Positions 41,182 through 50,889 of a stretch of 64,000 nt of DNA are shown here, in pieces. The translations under genes were made by a program, and so were the position numbers. The notes below the pieces were generated by a model. That model did not search any database, was not told the DNA's origin, and saw nothing but the letters and a program-made list of their open reading frames with translations. Within the stretch, counting starts at the first letter, position 1. Each line of letters begins with the position of its first letter. The stretch comes from Abditibacterium sp. (lineage in GTDB: Bacteria > Armatimonadota > Abditibacteriia > Abditibacteriales > Abditibacteriaceae), in NCBI GenBank assembly GCA_965199495.1, contig CBDASK010000003.1, positions 1,760,001 to 1,824,000 on the forward strand. Direction: 5' to 3'.

Positions 41182-43208
41182 TTTTTTGCGCCGGTTTTCG
41201 CGGCATCGAAGAAGATGGCGCTCAGTGCCGCGTTGCTTTTGCTCTGATTTATCACGCGCAATTTGACGTGCCCCTGCACATTCCACCCGTAATAAACGCC
41301 TTCGTCAAAGCCGTTCAGGTTGCGCTTATCCAACAGCGCGTCGGTCGCGGCGTCGCGTACTTCGACGGTTTGATCGCGCCCGTTTCTGTCCCAATCGAGC
41401 GCGTAAAGCGCGATTTGGTGCATTTGGCCGTCGGTCAAATTGAAGTCAAATTCGACGGAATCGCCGCCGATTTGCGCCGCGATGCGTTCGTTATCGTTCG
41501 CCTTTTGTAGTGCGCGCCCATCGTCCGTCTCCTGTGCCCACGAATACGTCCAGCCCTTCGTTGTCACCGTTCCATACGTCGGAGCTTTGGCCGCGCCGCT
41601 ATTGTCGTTGAAAATCGTGGCGCCCTGCGCGCCGTAAACGCCCTTCCAGTTGCCCTGCGTTTTGGTATCCGCCCCGACAAAATGCGCGAACGTCGCGTTT
41701 TTGTCGGGCGATTCCCTCGCCGTCAGGCTCACTAAATTGTAGCCGCCGCTCTCCTGAACCCATTTCAAAACGTGGTCGCCGCTCGAAAGCACCACGGGTT
41801 TGGGCGCTTTCACCGTCACGGTTTTGCCGCCGGTCGCGGGCACAGCCAGCGTGCCGGTCAAGTCGCGCCCGCTTTCGTCTTCGAGATGAAACTTGCCGCT
41901 CGATTTGGGCGCCTTGACGATAAAACTAAAATCATAAGTGCCGCCGGTCGGCACATTCACCGAATATTTATACCATTGCCCCGCGCTCGTCGCGCCGACG
42001 CTTTTGCCATCTGTCGCGCCGCTATTATCGGCGCGATAGCCGGTCAATTTCGCCGCCACCATTTGATGAAACGCGACATTGGCGCCGCCTTTGTCGTAAT
42101 CCGCCGCCCGAATTGTGCCGGGCAAACTCGCGTTTTTGAATGGCTCCAGACCGCCCCCGCTCAGGTAAACGCGGCTGTAATCCCACTCGAAAAATTTGTC
42201 TTTGAGAAGCGCCGCGTCCATCGTTTTATTCACGCTGCCAATTTGGTTATGGCCCCAGCCGCCGTCGAACAGAAAGCTCATATCAATCGGTTCGTCGTCT
42301 TTTTTGTTGCCGAAAGTCCACCAGTAATCGGCGCCCTGCTGGATGAGCTTGCCGTCCACATACATCGCAAAGCTGTTGTCGGCGCGATAGAGCCACGTCC
42401 AAACATGATACTGCGACCCATCGAAATCCGAAATGCCGCGCTCTTTCATGGTGCCACCCCAATCCCAGAAATTCCACGCGTCCTTGCTCGGCTCGGCGAC
42501 CGAATTGGAATGAAAAAAGCGACCGTCGAAGTTGGTATTGCCGCCGCCGTTATCATAGCCGAAACTCTCGACCAAATCGTGTTCGGCGCCCTGAGCGTGC
42601 CCGTCCCATTTCCACTTGTTGCCCGCCGTCCAAATCGCGAACCAAAAATAAGGCGGCGTCACATAACGCGCTCGCGTTTCCCACACGATGTCGCGCCCCA
42701 ACAACGAGCCGCCCCTTGGCAATTTCCATTTCGCCATAAACGAACCGTTGCCGACGTTGTGTTGAACCGGCGAAACCTGCGTCGCGCCATCGAGCGGCGT
42801 CAAATAGGTGACCAACGAATCGGCGGTGAACTGGCGCGTAGGCGCGCTATTGACGCCTTCGACGGGTTGACCGCCAATCGCCGTGGCTGCATCGGGCGCG
42901 ACGGTGTTCGAGCCATAGTTGCCGCCGTTATTAAAGGTGCCGAACTGATCGTGATAGAAAAAATTGGCGCTCATATCGGCGATATTTCGGATGGTGCCAT
43001 TGGCGCCGAAATCCCAATTTTTCACCAAAACCATCTTATCGCCACCCAATTGATAAGAGGGCGCGGGGCCAACCGCCGGATTGGTCACCGTGCCCTCGCC
43101 AATTGTCGCGGGCGCCTTGCCCTGCGCATTGACGTGCGGCACGGCGCAACCGGCCAAGGTTCCAAACAGAAAAAAGAGAGTTCTACGCGCGAAAATTTGA
43201 GTTTTCAT
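41178..43208 (-). CDS. Lipoprotein with divergent GH16-like domain, CBM6-like module and C-terminal beta domain
   Basis: LAGC lipobox; EHDLVE (ExDxxE); LPGTIRAADYDKGG..GQWYKYSVNV. Confidence 0.7.
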   Translation of the reverse strand: MKTQIFARRTLFFLFGTLAGCAVPHVNAQGKAPATIGEGTVTNPAVGPAPSYQLGGDKMVLVKNWDFGANGTIRNIADMSANFFYHDQFGTFNNGGNYGSNTVAPDAATAIGGQPVEGVNSAPTRQFTADSLVTYLTPLDGATQVSPVQHNVGNGSFMAKWKLPRGGSLLGRDIVWETRARYVTPPYFWFAIWTAGNKWKWDGHAQGAEHDLVESFGYDNGGGNTNFDGRFFHSNSVAEPSKDAWNFWDWGGTMKERGISDFDGSQYHVWTWLYRADNSFAMYVDGKLIQQGADYWWTFGNKKDDEPIDMSFLFDGGWGHNQIGSVNKTMDAALLKDKFFEWDYSRVYLSGGGLEPFKNASLPGTIRAADYDKGGANVAFHQMVAAKLTGYRADNSGATDGKSVGATSAGQWYKYSVNVPTGGTYDFSFIVKAPKSSGKFHLEDESGRDLTGTLAVPATGGKTVTVKAPKPVVLSSGDHVLKWVQESGGYNLVSLTARESPDKNATFAHFVGADTKTQGNWKGVYGAQGATIFNDNSGAAKAPTYGTVTTKGWTYSWAQETDDGRALQKANDNERIAAQIGGDSVEFDFNLTDGQMHQIALYALDWDRNGRDQTVEVRDAATDALLDKRNLNGFDEGVYYGWNVQGHVKLRVINQSKSNAALSAIFFDAAKTGAKN

Positions 43209-43382
43209 GGTGCCGTAATTTGAACAAGAGAAACGCAGCAGAGTTTCTCCTATGCGCCCCTTCAGTCCCCATTTCAAAATTTCACGGAGTTTACGCGGAA
43301 CTTATATTGATATTAGGTTTCTAAAGTTCGAGCGGCTTACAAATTGATGATAACAAATGAAGATTTTGCAAGAGCCGCAGCG

Positions 43383-45944
43383 ATGATGCAAACCACTCAA
43401 AAAATTCTGTTACTGGCCTTGTTCGCGATAGGCGGCGGGACTTCGATGAAGAGCGCGCTTGCGGCGCCGCGCCGTGCGAGCGGTGCCCAGACCAAACGGG
43501 CGAAGGCCAACGAAAAAACGCCCGCAGTCGGCGGCGAACTGCGACTGATTAACGCCAAAGACGAGGCGTTGTTTTCGGCGCTCAGGCATACCGATGTCAA
43601 AGCCCAAATTTCGGGCGGCATCGTTTTGGTCACCGTCGAGCAACAGTTTTCCAATCCATCGAAGGTGCCGGTCGAGGCGGTTTATACCTTTCCCCTGCCC
43701 GACGATGCCGCCGTCAACGCGATGGAATTTCGCGTCGGCAACCGGCGCATCGTCGGCGAAATCAAGCGCCGCGAAGAGGCACGCCAGATTTACGACCAAG
43801 CCAAAAGCGAGGGCAAACGCACGGCATTGCTCGATCAGGAGCGGCCCAATGTCTTCACGCAATCGGTCGCCAACGTCATGCCGGGCGACGATTTACGCGT
43901 CCGAATTTCGTTCGTGCAACGCCTGAAATACAAAGGTGGCGCCTACGAATGGGCATTTCCAACCGTCGTCGGGCCGCGCTATGCGGCGAGTGGCGGCTAC
44001 GCCCAAACCGGACAGCGTGGCGTCGGCGTGGCTGCTAATGTCACGCCGCCGATTGCGCCGCCGCCCACGCGTTCGGGCCATGATCTGTCGCTGAGCGTGG
44101 GCATTGACGCGGGCGTGCCGATTACGAGCATTCGCTCCGAGTTGCATCCGATTGACGTTCGCAAAAACGGCGCGCGCGCGACGGTAAAATTGAAAGACGA
44201 AAACACTCTGCCCAACCGCGATTTCATTTTGCGTTACGCGGTCGCGGGCGGCGAAATCCAGAGCGGTGTGCTATTGCAACGCGACGGCAAAGGCGGCTAT
44301 TTCTCGCTCGTGATGCAGCCACCGGCACGGCCCAAGTCCGACCAGATTTCGCCGCGCGAACTGGTTTTCGTGGTTGACCAGACCGGTTCGCAAGGCGGTT
44401 GGCCCATCGAAAAAGCCAAAGAAACCATGCGTTACGCCTTGGATAAATTGCGGGCGGGCGATACCTTTCAGGTGCTGGGATTTAATACCGGCGTCTATCC
44501 GTGTTTCGATAAACCGGTGAAGCCGACCGCCGCGAATCTGAAAAAGGCGCGCGCTTTCATCAATGGTTTGCAAGCGCAGGGCGGCACGGATATTTTGCAG
44601 GCGTTACAGGCCGCGCTCAAAATTCCGCTCGACCGCGACCGCCTGCGCGTCGTGGTTTATCTGACCGATGGCTTCGTGAATAACGATATGACCGTGGTGG
44701 ATTATCTGCGCAAAAATCGCGGCACCACGCGCGTTTTTACCTTTGGCATGGGCAACAGCGTCAATCGGTTTTTATTGGACAACATGGCGCGCGAAGGGCG
44801 CGGCGAAGCCGAATACGTCACGGTTGATCCGCAGGGAACGCGGCCCGATAACGCGGACGAAGCGCAAGATGCCGTCGCGCGATTTTACCAGAAAATCGCG
44901 ACGCCGGTTTTGATCGATCCGCAGGTTGATTGGGGGAATTTGCCCGTCACAGATATGCAGCCGCAGATTATTCCCGATGTGTTCGAGAACGGGCCAGTCG
45001 TGGTGACGGGCCGCTTTTCCAAACCCGCCAAAGGCACGGTTATGCTGCGCGGCTGGGCCGGAGGCAAGCGCGTGACTCAGCGCGTGGCTGTGGATTTTGG
45101 CGCCGCGAAAGCCGATAATCCGGCGCTCGAAGCGTTGTGGGCGCGCGAGAAAATCGAGCAATTGCAAGCGCAAGATTATCAGGGCGCGCAGAATAACAAT
45201 CCCGATGCGAAAATCAAAGAGCAGATCGTGCAGACCGCGCTCGATCACCATTTGATGTCGCAGTGGACGAGCTTTGTCGCCGTCGAGCAGCGCGTCGTCA
45301 ACCCCGGCGGCCAAAACGCCAAAAACGATGTGCCCGTCGAAGTGCCCGATGGCGTGGATTACGAAAAGGCGACCGGATTGTCCGCGCCCCCAACCAATCC
45401 GTCGCTGCGTTACGGTTTGAGTTCCAACGGTTCGCGTTTCGCAGCGCGGCCCGGCGACCCGTTGATTCGGATTTTCGCGCCCCAAACCGCGCGTCGCGTC
45501 GTGGCGATCTTGCCCGATGGACAAATTCTGCCGCTCACATGGAACATCCAAACCAAAGCGTGGGAAGCGCGCTTCGATGTGCCCGGCTACGTCGCCGATG
45601 GCGCCTATCGCGTCGCGGTTCTTATCGAAAACGGCGAGGGCAAACGCTCGCGGTTCGAGCTGATTTATCAAGTCGACACCAAAAGTCCGAGCGGCGACGC
45701 GGGCATTCAGGTGATCGGCGGACGCGTTCAATTGCAGTTGGCGGCGGGCGCCGACGTGCAACGCGTCACGGCGATTACTCCGTGGAATCAGCGCGTCGAA
45801 TTGAAGCGCGGCACGCTCGCTTCGGCGTGGAGCGGCGCCGTCGAAGTGCCGCAAAACTGGCAGGGCACCGCCGCGCAGGTGCGGTTTGTCTTGACCGACG
45901 CGGCGCATAATCGCACGACAATCGAAGTGGATTGGAGCCGGTAA
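43383..45944 (+). CDS. Secreted VIT-vWA domain protein
   Basis: EAVYTFPLP, NVFTQSVAN, FVVDQTGSQ, GGTDI, LTDG, SQWTSFVAV. Confidence 0.9.
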   Translation: MMQTTQKILLLALFAIGGGTSMKSALAAPRRASGAQTKRAKANEKTPAVGGELRLINAKDEALFSALRHTDVKAQISGGIVLVTVEQQFSNPSKVPVEAVYTFPLPDDAAVNAMEFRVGNRRIVGEIKRREEARQIYDQAKSEGKRTALLDQERPNVFTQSVANVMPGDDLRVRISFVQRLKYKGGAYEWAFPTVVGPRYAASGGYAQTGQRGVGVAANVTPPIAPPPTRSGHDLSLSVGIDAGVPITSIRSELHPIDVRKNGARATVKLKDENTLPNRDFILRYAVAGGEIQSGVLLQRDGKGGYFSLVMQPPARPKSDQISPRELVFVVDQTGSQGGWPIEKAKETMRYALDKLRAGDTFQVLGFNTGVYPCFDKPVKPTAANLKKARAFINGLQAQGGTDILQALQAALKIPLDRDRLRVVVYLTDGFVNNDMTVVDYLRKNRGTTRVFTFGMGNSVNRFLLDNMAREGRGEAEYVTVDPQGTRPDNADEAQDAVARFYQKIATPVLIDPQVDWGNLPVTDMQPQIIPDVFENGPVVVTGRFSKPAKGTVMLRGWAGGKRVTQRVAVDFGAAKADNPALEALWAREKIEQLQAQDYQGAQNNNPDAKIKEQIVQTALDHHLMSQWTSFVAVEQRVVNPGGQNAKNDVPVEVPDGVDYEKATGLSAPPTNPSLRYGLSSNGSRFAARPGDPLIRIFAPQTARRVVAILPDGQILPLTWNIQTKAWEARFDVPGYVADGAYRVAVLIENGEGKRSRFELIYQVDTKSPSGDAGIQVIGGRVQLQLAAGADVQRVTAITPWNQRVELKRGTLASAWSGAVEVPQNWQGTAAQVRFVLTDAAHNRTTIEVDWSR

Positions 45945-46006
45945 AATCGCCAGCGCGAGTTCATTAAAACTCTGGCATACGTCATTTTTGAGCGTGATTT
46001 TAAGTG

Positions 46007-46114
46007 CGCGCTCTGTAGAGCAGCGAGGCTGACGCACCCTTCCAATCGGTGAACTTTTCTTCGAGCAAATACCGATTGGAAGGGTGCGTCAGCCCCGCTG
46101 TTCTACAGAGCGCG
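46007..46114. repeat. GTAG-type REP-like inverted repeat
   Basis: cgcgctctgtagagcagcgaggctgacgcacccttccaatcggt ... accgattggaagggtgcgtcagccccgctgttctacagagcgcg. Confidence 0.85.
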
Positions 46115-46160
46115 GTCTGAGGCAAGAGGTCTATTGTAAATTCAGGGACGAGCTTTAATT

Positions 46161-47711
46161 ATGTTTCGCATTTTTCGTATTTCTATTTTGCCGTTGTTGT
46201 TCGTCGCATTGGCGGTGGCTTCGTGCCGCAACATCGAAACGCCCAACGCTTCGGCGCCCGCGCCGATTTACGCGCCGATGGTTGAGCCAACTCAAAACGC
46301 GATTTTCACCGCGACGAACGAAGTTCGCGCGCTCGATTGGGACGGCACGGCGCTTTGGGCAGCCACGGCGGGCGGCGTGTTGCGCATCGAAGGCGAGAAA
46401 ACAACCAAATGGACGCGCCAAAACGGTTTGCCCTCGAACGAAGCGTTCGATTTAGAACGCGAAAACGGAAATTTAGTCGCGCGTTTTCCGACGGCGCGCG
46501 CCATGTGGAATGGGCAAAATTGGGATTCGCAAAATGCAGCCGAATGGCAAAAACGCGCGCCAACGGTCGAATGGAACGGTCGAAAAATCACGGCAAATTT
46601 GGACATTTTGCAAATCGGCAACGAGAAATTCGATCTGCCACCGCAGGCGAGCGGCACGCATATTTCGGCGCTTTTGCCGCGCGAAAAGTTTTTACTCGTC
46701 GCGGTTTTCGGCGATGGTTTATGGCAATTCGACGGCAAAACATGGACGCGCGGGCCGCTCGTCCCCGACGATGCGCGCGAGATTTTATCGTTGGCGGGCG
46801 ATAACAAAACGCTGTTTTTAGGCACGCGCCGCAACGGCATTTTCGAGCGCGACGGCGCGATTTGGAAACCGTTAAAATCGGATGATGAACCGTTCGGCCA
46901 TAACGTGCAAAATTTGGCCGAATTTGACGGAGTGTTGTGGACTTCGACTTTAGACGACGGTTTAATTGCGCGGACGGGAAAAGGTTGGCGACACGTTTCG
47001 CCGCCGCAGATTTCATCGAGCGCGCCGCGTCAAATGCTGAATTGGCGTGACAAATTATACGTGCGTCACGGCAACGGAATTGTGGACGCGTTCGATGGCG
47101 CGAATTGGGAAAAAGACGCGCTCAAATCCATTCCGCGTCGCGGCGTTTACGCGCTCGCGGGCGACGATAAACATTTGCTGGCGGCAGGTTGGGGCGGTTG
47201 GAGCGAATGGGACGGCCAAAATTGGATGCCGCATTATGATTTGCCCGCATTGAAAGGCGTGCCGATCATGAATTTGGCGATGCAGGGCGATGACGTTTGG
47301 GTTGGCACGCAAAGTCGCGGCGTGGCAAAATGGACGAGCGCGACAAACCAAATTAAGTTTTTCGACGAACGCGACGGCCTCAACGACGATTGGATTACCG
47401 CGCTTTTAGTGGATGGCGAGCGCGTCTGGGCCGGAACGTTCGTCGGAGGTTTGCACGTTTACGAAGACGGCAAATGGCGCGCGTTCGAGGAAACCAAAGG
47501 CGAAAATATCACGGCAATTGTATCGGATAAAAGCGGCGGCGTTTGGGCAACCACGCGCCGTGGCTTGTTGAGCGCGCGCGGCGAAACCGCCGAGAAAGTC
47601 AGCGAAAGTTGGCTCGATGACGAACAGCAAGCGTTATGCACCGACGAAAATGGGTTGTGGATTGGTGCGCGCACGAGCCTGAATTATTTAATTACTCGCC
47701 CAAAGAGTTGA
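46161..47711 (+). CDS. Beta-propeller lipoprotein (regulator-propeller-like repeats)
   Basis: VASC lipobox; repeated LW(A/V)(A/G)T..GL blades, GLPSN, GLNDDWI. Confidence 0.8.
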   Translation: MFRIFRISILPLLFVALAVASCRNIETPNASAPAPIYAPMVEPTQNAIFTATNEVRALDWDGTALWAATAGGVLRIEGEKTTKWTRQNGLPSNEAFDLERENGNLVARFPTARAMWNGQNWDSQNAAEWQKRAPTVEWNGRKITANLDILQIGNEKFDLPPQASGTHISALLPREKFLLVAVFGDGLWQFDGKTWTRGPLVPDDAREILSLAGDNKTLFLGTRRNGIFERDGAIWKPLKSDDEPFGHNVQNLAEFDGVLWTSTLDDGLIARTGKGWRHVSPPQISSSAPRQMLNWRDKLYVRHGNGIVDAFDGANWEKDALKSIPRRGVYALAGDDKHLLAAGWGGWSEWDGQNWMPHYDLPALKGVPIMNLAMQGDDVWVGTQSRGVAKWTSATNQIKFFDERDGLNDDWITALLVDGERVWAGTFVGGLHVYEDGKWRAFEETKGENITAIVSDKSGGVWATTRRGLLSARGETAEKVSESWLDDEQQALCTDENGLWIGARTSLNYLITRPKS

Positions 47712-48486
47712 CGCGTTGACGCGCCAGAATCACCCATTTCTCGTCGGCTTCGATTCCGATAAAGCGTCGTTTCAACTTTTGCGCCGCAACCAAACTCGAA
47801 CCCGAACCGCAAAATGGATCGAGAACTACGTCATCAACGCGCGACGAAGACGCGATAATCCGCTCCAAAACCGCCAAAGGTTTTTGCGTCGGATGCCCAA
47901 CTTTTTCTTTTGACGAACCTTTAAGCGACGGCACGCGCCACAAATTGGTGGCAAACTTACCTTTTTCGAGATATTCGCGCCGCTTTTCTTTATCCAAATA
48001 ACGCCGATCGCGCAGATACCGCGCGCGCGTGGTTGCATCGTAAGGCTCGCGCACCGCGTCTTTATCGAAACGCGGCGGCGCGCCGGATTGCTTCAAAACT
48101 AAAATTTGCTCGTAAGCCGGAGAAAACGAATCGCGCCTGTCATAACCGACGGCGCGATCCCAAACAATCAAATCGTGAAACTCGAACTCGGCAGTTGCCC
48201 GCGACATCAAATGCAACCAAACGTGTTCGCGTCTGCCAACTTGCCCGAAGATGTAGCACAATCCGCCCGGCACCAAAGTCCGCATCGCCAGACGCAGCCA
48301 CGTCGCCGACCAATCGAGATAAGCCGCTTCGTCAGGCCATTGGTTGTCCCAACTTTCCTTCAAAACGCGAAAATAAGGCGGATCGGCGACGATCAATCCA
48401 ACCGACGCGGATGGCAAATTCGGCAAAACGTCGAGACAATCGCCGTGATGAATGATATTAATTGTCTTCGTCCAAAAGCGCCGCAA
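47692..48486 (-). CDS. Orphan N4/N6 DNA methyltransferase (beta class)
   Basis: GDCL, ADPPY, HPTQKP, VLDPFCGSGS; start uncertain (TTG inside parE). Confidence 0.85.
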   Translation of the reverse strand: MRRFWTKTINIIHHGDCLDVLPNLPSASVGLIVADPPYFRVLKESWDNQWPDEAAYLDWSATWLRLAMRTLVPGGLCYIFGQVGRREHVWLHLMSRATAEFEFHDLIVWDRAVGYDRRDSFSPAYEQILVLKQSGAPPRFDKDAVREPYDATTRARYLRDRRYLDKEKRREYLEKGKFATNLWRVPSLKGSSKEKVGHPTQKPLAVLERIIASSSRVDDVVLDPFCGSGSSLVAAQKLKRRFIGIEADEKWVILARQRVNSLGE

Positions 48487-48757
48487 TATGGCGCGCGCCG
48501 CTTAAAACGCGCACAATTTCAATTCTTTCTTCGGTCGACTGATAGAAAATCAAGAAGCCCCCAACGGCAAAACTGCCCAAACCTTCGCGCAACTCGCTTC
48601 TCTGTTGCCCAGAATTTGGAATTGATTGGAACATCTGAAATTGGTTGGTGATCGCATCAATCAAACGGCCAGCAACTTCTGCATCACAAGATGCAACAGA
48701 AGTCCAGATGTCGTCCAAATCTGTTTCGGCATCAGGCGAGACAAAGAGCAAAAGCAT
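48458..48757 (-). CDS. parE: ParE/RelE family toxin
   Basis: SPDAETDLDDIW..PNSGQQRSEL..FLIFY..IEIVRVLSGARH. Confidence 0.88.
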   Translation of the reverse strand: MLLLFVSPDAETDLDDIWTSVASCDAEVAGRLIDAITNQFQMFQSIPNSGQQRSELREGLGSFAVGGFLIFYQSTEERIEIVRVLSGARHIAALLDEDN

Positions 48758-49047
48758 TAGTGCGCACCCACTTTGTTGTCGTTTGCCAAACGCGCACGAC
48801 CTCTACTTTTGATTTCTTCAGCTAACTCCGCCGCCGAATTATAGCGGATTCCTTCGCCGCGCTCCAGCGAATCAATGCCTTTCTGAATTTCGGCGCGCAA
48901 TTCGTTGAGGCGAATCTCGCGCAACTGATCTTGCTCGCGCACCAAACGCAAGCCCTCGCGCACAACTTCCGAAGCCGAATTGTAAAGTCCGCTCTTGACC
49001 TTTTCGGCCACCATCGCCTCAAGTTCGGGCGTTAATGAAACGTTCAT
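48757..49047 (-). CDS. parD: ParD antitoxin
   Basis: MNVSLTPELE..VKSGLYNSASEVVREGLR. Confidence 0.92.
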   Translation of the reverse strand: MNVSLTPELEAMVAEKVKSGLYNSASEVVREGLRLVREQDQLREIRLNELRAEIQKGIDSLERGEGIRYNSAAELAEEIKSRGRARLANDNKVGAH

Positions 49048-49057
49048 AAACTCAATT

Positions 49058-50596
49058 TTACGAATTATCGAGATCGATGTCAATCTTTGTTATGGCCAAA
49101 TTCGCAAAATACCGATTGATAAGTTGCAAAATTTTGCTTTCTTCGTCATTTATTGAACCATCCATCTGCGCAATATTGCGCGCTTGAACCGCGACGTATT
49201 CGACGAACTCACCGTCGAGTTGCGGCAACAATTCTTCCAAAGATTTCGGCGACTCCAAACCGCTCTCGATTGTTTCAATCGAAGCGTCGCTAAAATCCAT
49301 TTCGCGCAGTGCGGCCAATAATTTCGCTTTATCGGTTGCAGGCCGACCCGCCAAAACGACGTGCAACAAAACCTGATCGGCGATTTGTTTCTGTGTTGCC
49401 GAGCTTTCGAGATAAAGTTCCGTGTCTCGCTTAACGAATTTCATCGCTTCGTCAGTGGCACCGACGTTCAAGCGTTTTTCATAGAAGCTGCACGCTGCGT
49501 TGCCCAGCGCATAAATAATGGCGGCGTTGGCCGTGGCTCCTATCGCCGCGCCCATCAATGGCACGTTGCGCAAAACGCCCAATCCGATTTTCTCGACCGG
49601 AACTTTGGTGACGGCGTTCAAACCTTTGGCCGCCAATTCCGAATTGCGAAACAGTTCCAGTCCGGCTTTGCCCGCTTTGTTGCCGCCCAGAACGCAACCG
49701 AAAACCGCCAACATTTCGCCTTTGCGCGCGGGATCGTCCAAATCCAAACCATAAACCGCCGCGATTTGCAACACGAGTTCAGCCTGCAACAGCGAAGTCG
49801 CCGCCACATCGAGCGCGAGCATCGGAATGGCGAGACCGGGCAAACTCGTCGAAAGCCCGACGCCGCCCGCATAAAGCGCCTTTTGCGTAATCAAACGCCG
49901 CGCGATTTGCCGATTCGATTCAGCGGGAAACTCGTTTTTAAGATTCGCCACAACCCGCGCGGCTTTTTCGAGATCGACGTGGCTGCTGATGTCGAGCCAC
50001 TGCTCCAAATTAAACGCCTTCGCCACGCGCCGCAACGGCGAATGATTGGTAATTGACTCGGTAATATTTCCTGCTCGCTCGGTCAACCCGACCAGCAGCG
50101 GCATCGCGCGTTCATCGACAGTTTCGCGCGTTTTGGCGCCGACGCTGCCCGCGATTTCGCCGACCGCGCCATAAGCATTGACGGCTGTATCGGCGACAAA
50201 ATGCCCCGAAGTCGCCGCCGCTCCGCCAATCGCCGACGCCAAATCGCCCGCCTTATCTTTCGCCGCGCCAGCAGCAGCCACGGCGCCGCTGGGCACGCGT
50301 TGCAACCAACTTAATTCGGCTTCATCGTCGCGCACGATGTGCGCAAGCGGCAACGGCGCCAAAGAATAAGTCGTGCCGTTATCTAAACTTTCTTCGATCT
50401 CTTTCGCCGAAGCCGTCTGCAAAAACTGCTGCACCGCCGTTTGCAATTCCGCCCGCGCTTCGACTTCGCCCTCGGCGCGCACGGAAATATCGAGTTCAGG
50501 GCAAGTCGCTTCCCAAAACGTTCTGCGCCATTTCGTGCCGCGATGAACAAGCGCCGTCAGAGCCAGAGAATCGAGGGGAACAATCGCGTCATCCAT
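49058..50596 (-). CDS. HicB-like / EcsC-like / TerB-like multidomain protein
   Basis: N-terminal EATCPELDI..EARAELQTAV; central IAAVYGLD..RKGEML, VPLMGAAIGATAN; C-terminal IAQMDGSINDEESKIL. Confidence 0.7.
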   Translation of the reverse strand: MDDAIVPLDSLALTALVHRGTKWRRTFWEATCPELDISVRAEGEVEARAELQTAVQQFLQTASAKEIEESLDNGTTYSLAPLPLAHIVRDDEAELSWLQRVPSGAVAAAGAAKDKAGDLASAIGGAAATSGHFVADTAVNAYGAVGEIAGSVGAKTRETVDERAMPLLVGLTERAGNITESITNHSPLRRVAKAFNLEQWLDISSHVDLEKAARVVANLKNEFPAESNRQIARRLITQKALYAGGVGLSTSLPGLAIPMLALDVAATSLLQAELVLQIAAVYGLDLDDPARKGEMLAVFGCVLGGNKAGKAGLELFRNSELAAKGLNAVTKVPVEKIGLGVLRNVPLMGAAIGATANAAIIYALGNAACSFYEKRLNVGATDEAMKFVKRDTELYLESSATQKQIADQVLLHVVLAGRPATDKAKLLAALREMDFSDASIETIESGLESPKSLEELLPQLDGEFVEYVAVQARNIAQMDGSINDEESKILQLINRYFANLAITKIDIDLDNS

Positions 50597-50657
50597 GAGC
50601 CAAATTTAACCGAGCCGCGCGCAAAAAAGCCCGCCTCGAAAGAGACTGGCTTTTTCA

Positions 50658-50870
50658 TCAAGCATCGGCCAAACACGCTTTGATTTCGGCGGGCGAAGCA
50701 ATTTCCAAGAAACCTTCGACCGCTTCCGAAAGCATAACTCGCGCTTCGTCGGCGTTAAAGCCTTGAGAAGCCACGCCGAGTTCGGGGCAGAGCGCCACCC
50801 AAACAGGCGAACCGTCGGAGAGTTTCTCTTTGTGAACGAGCGCGGAGAGCGGCGGAATTGTGAGTGTCAT
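50658..50870 (-). CDS. HicB-like antitoxin
   Basis: WVALCPELGVASQGFNADEARVMLSEAVEGFL. Confidence 0.85.
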   Translation of the reverse strand: MTLTIPPLSALVHKEKLSDGSPVWVALCPELGVASQGFNADEARVMLSEAVEGFLEIASPAEIKACLADA

Positions 50871-50889
50871 CTTAGCTGAGATTTTGATA

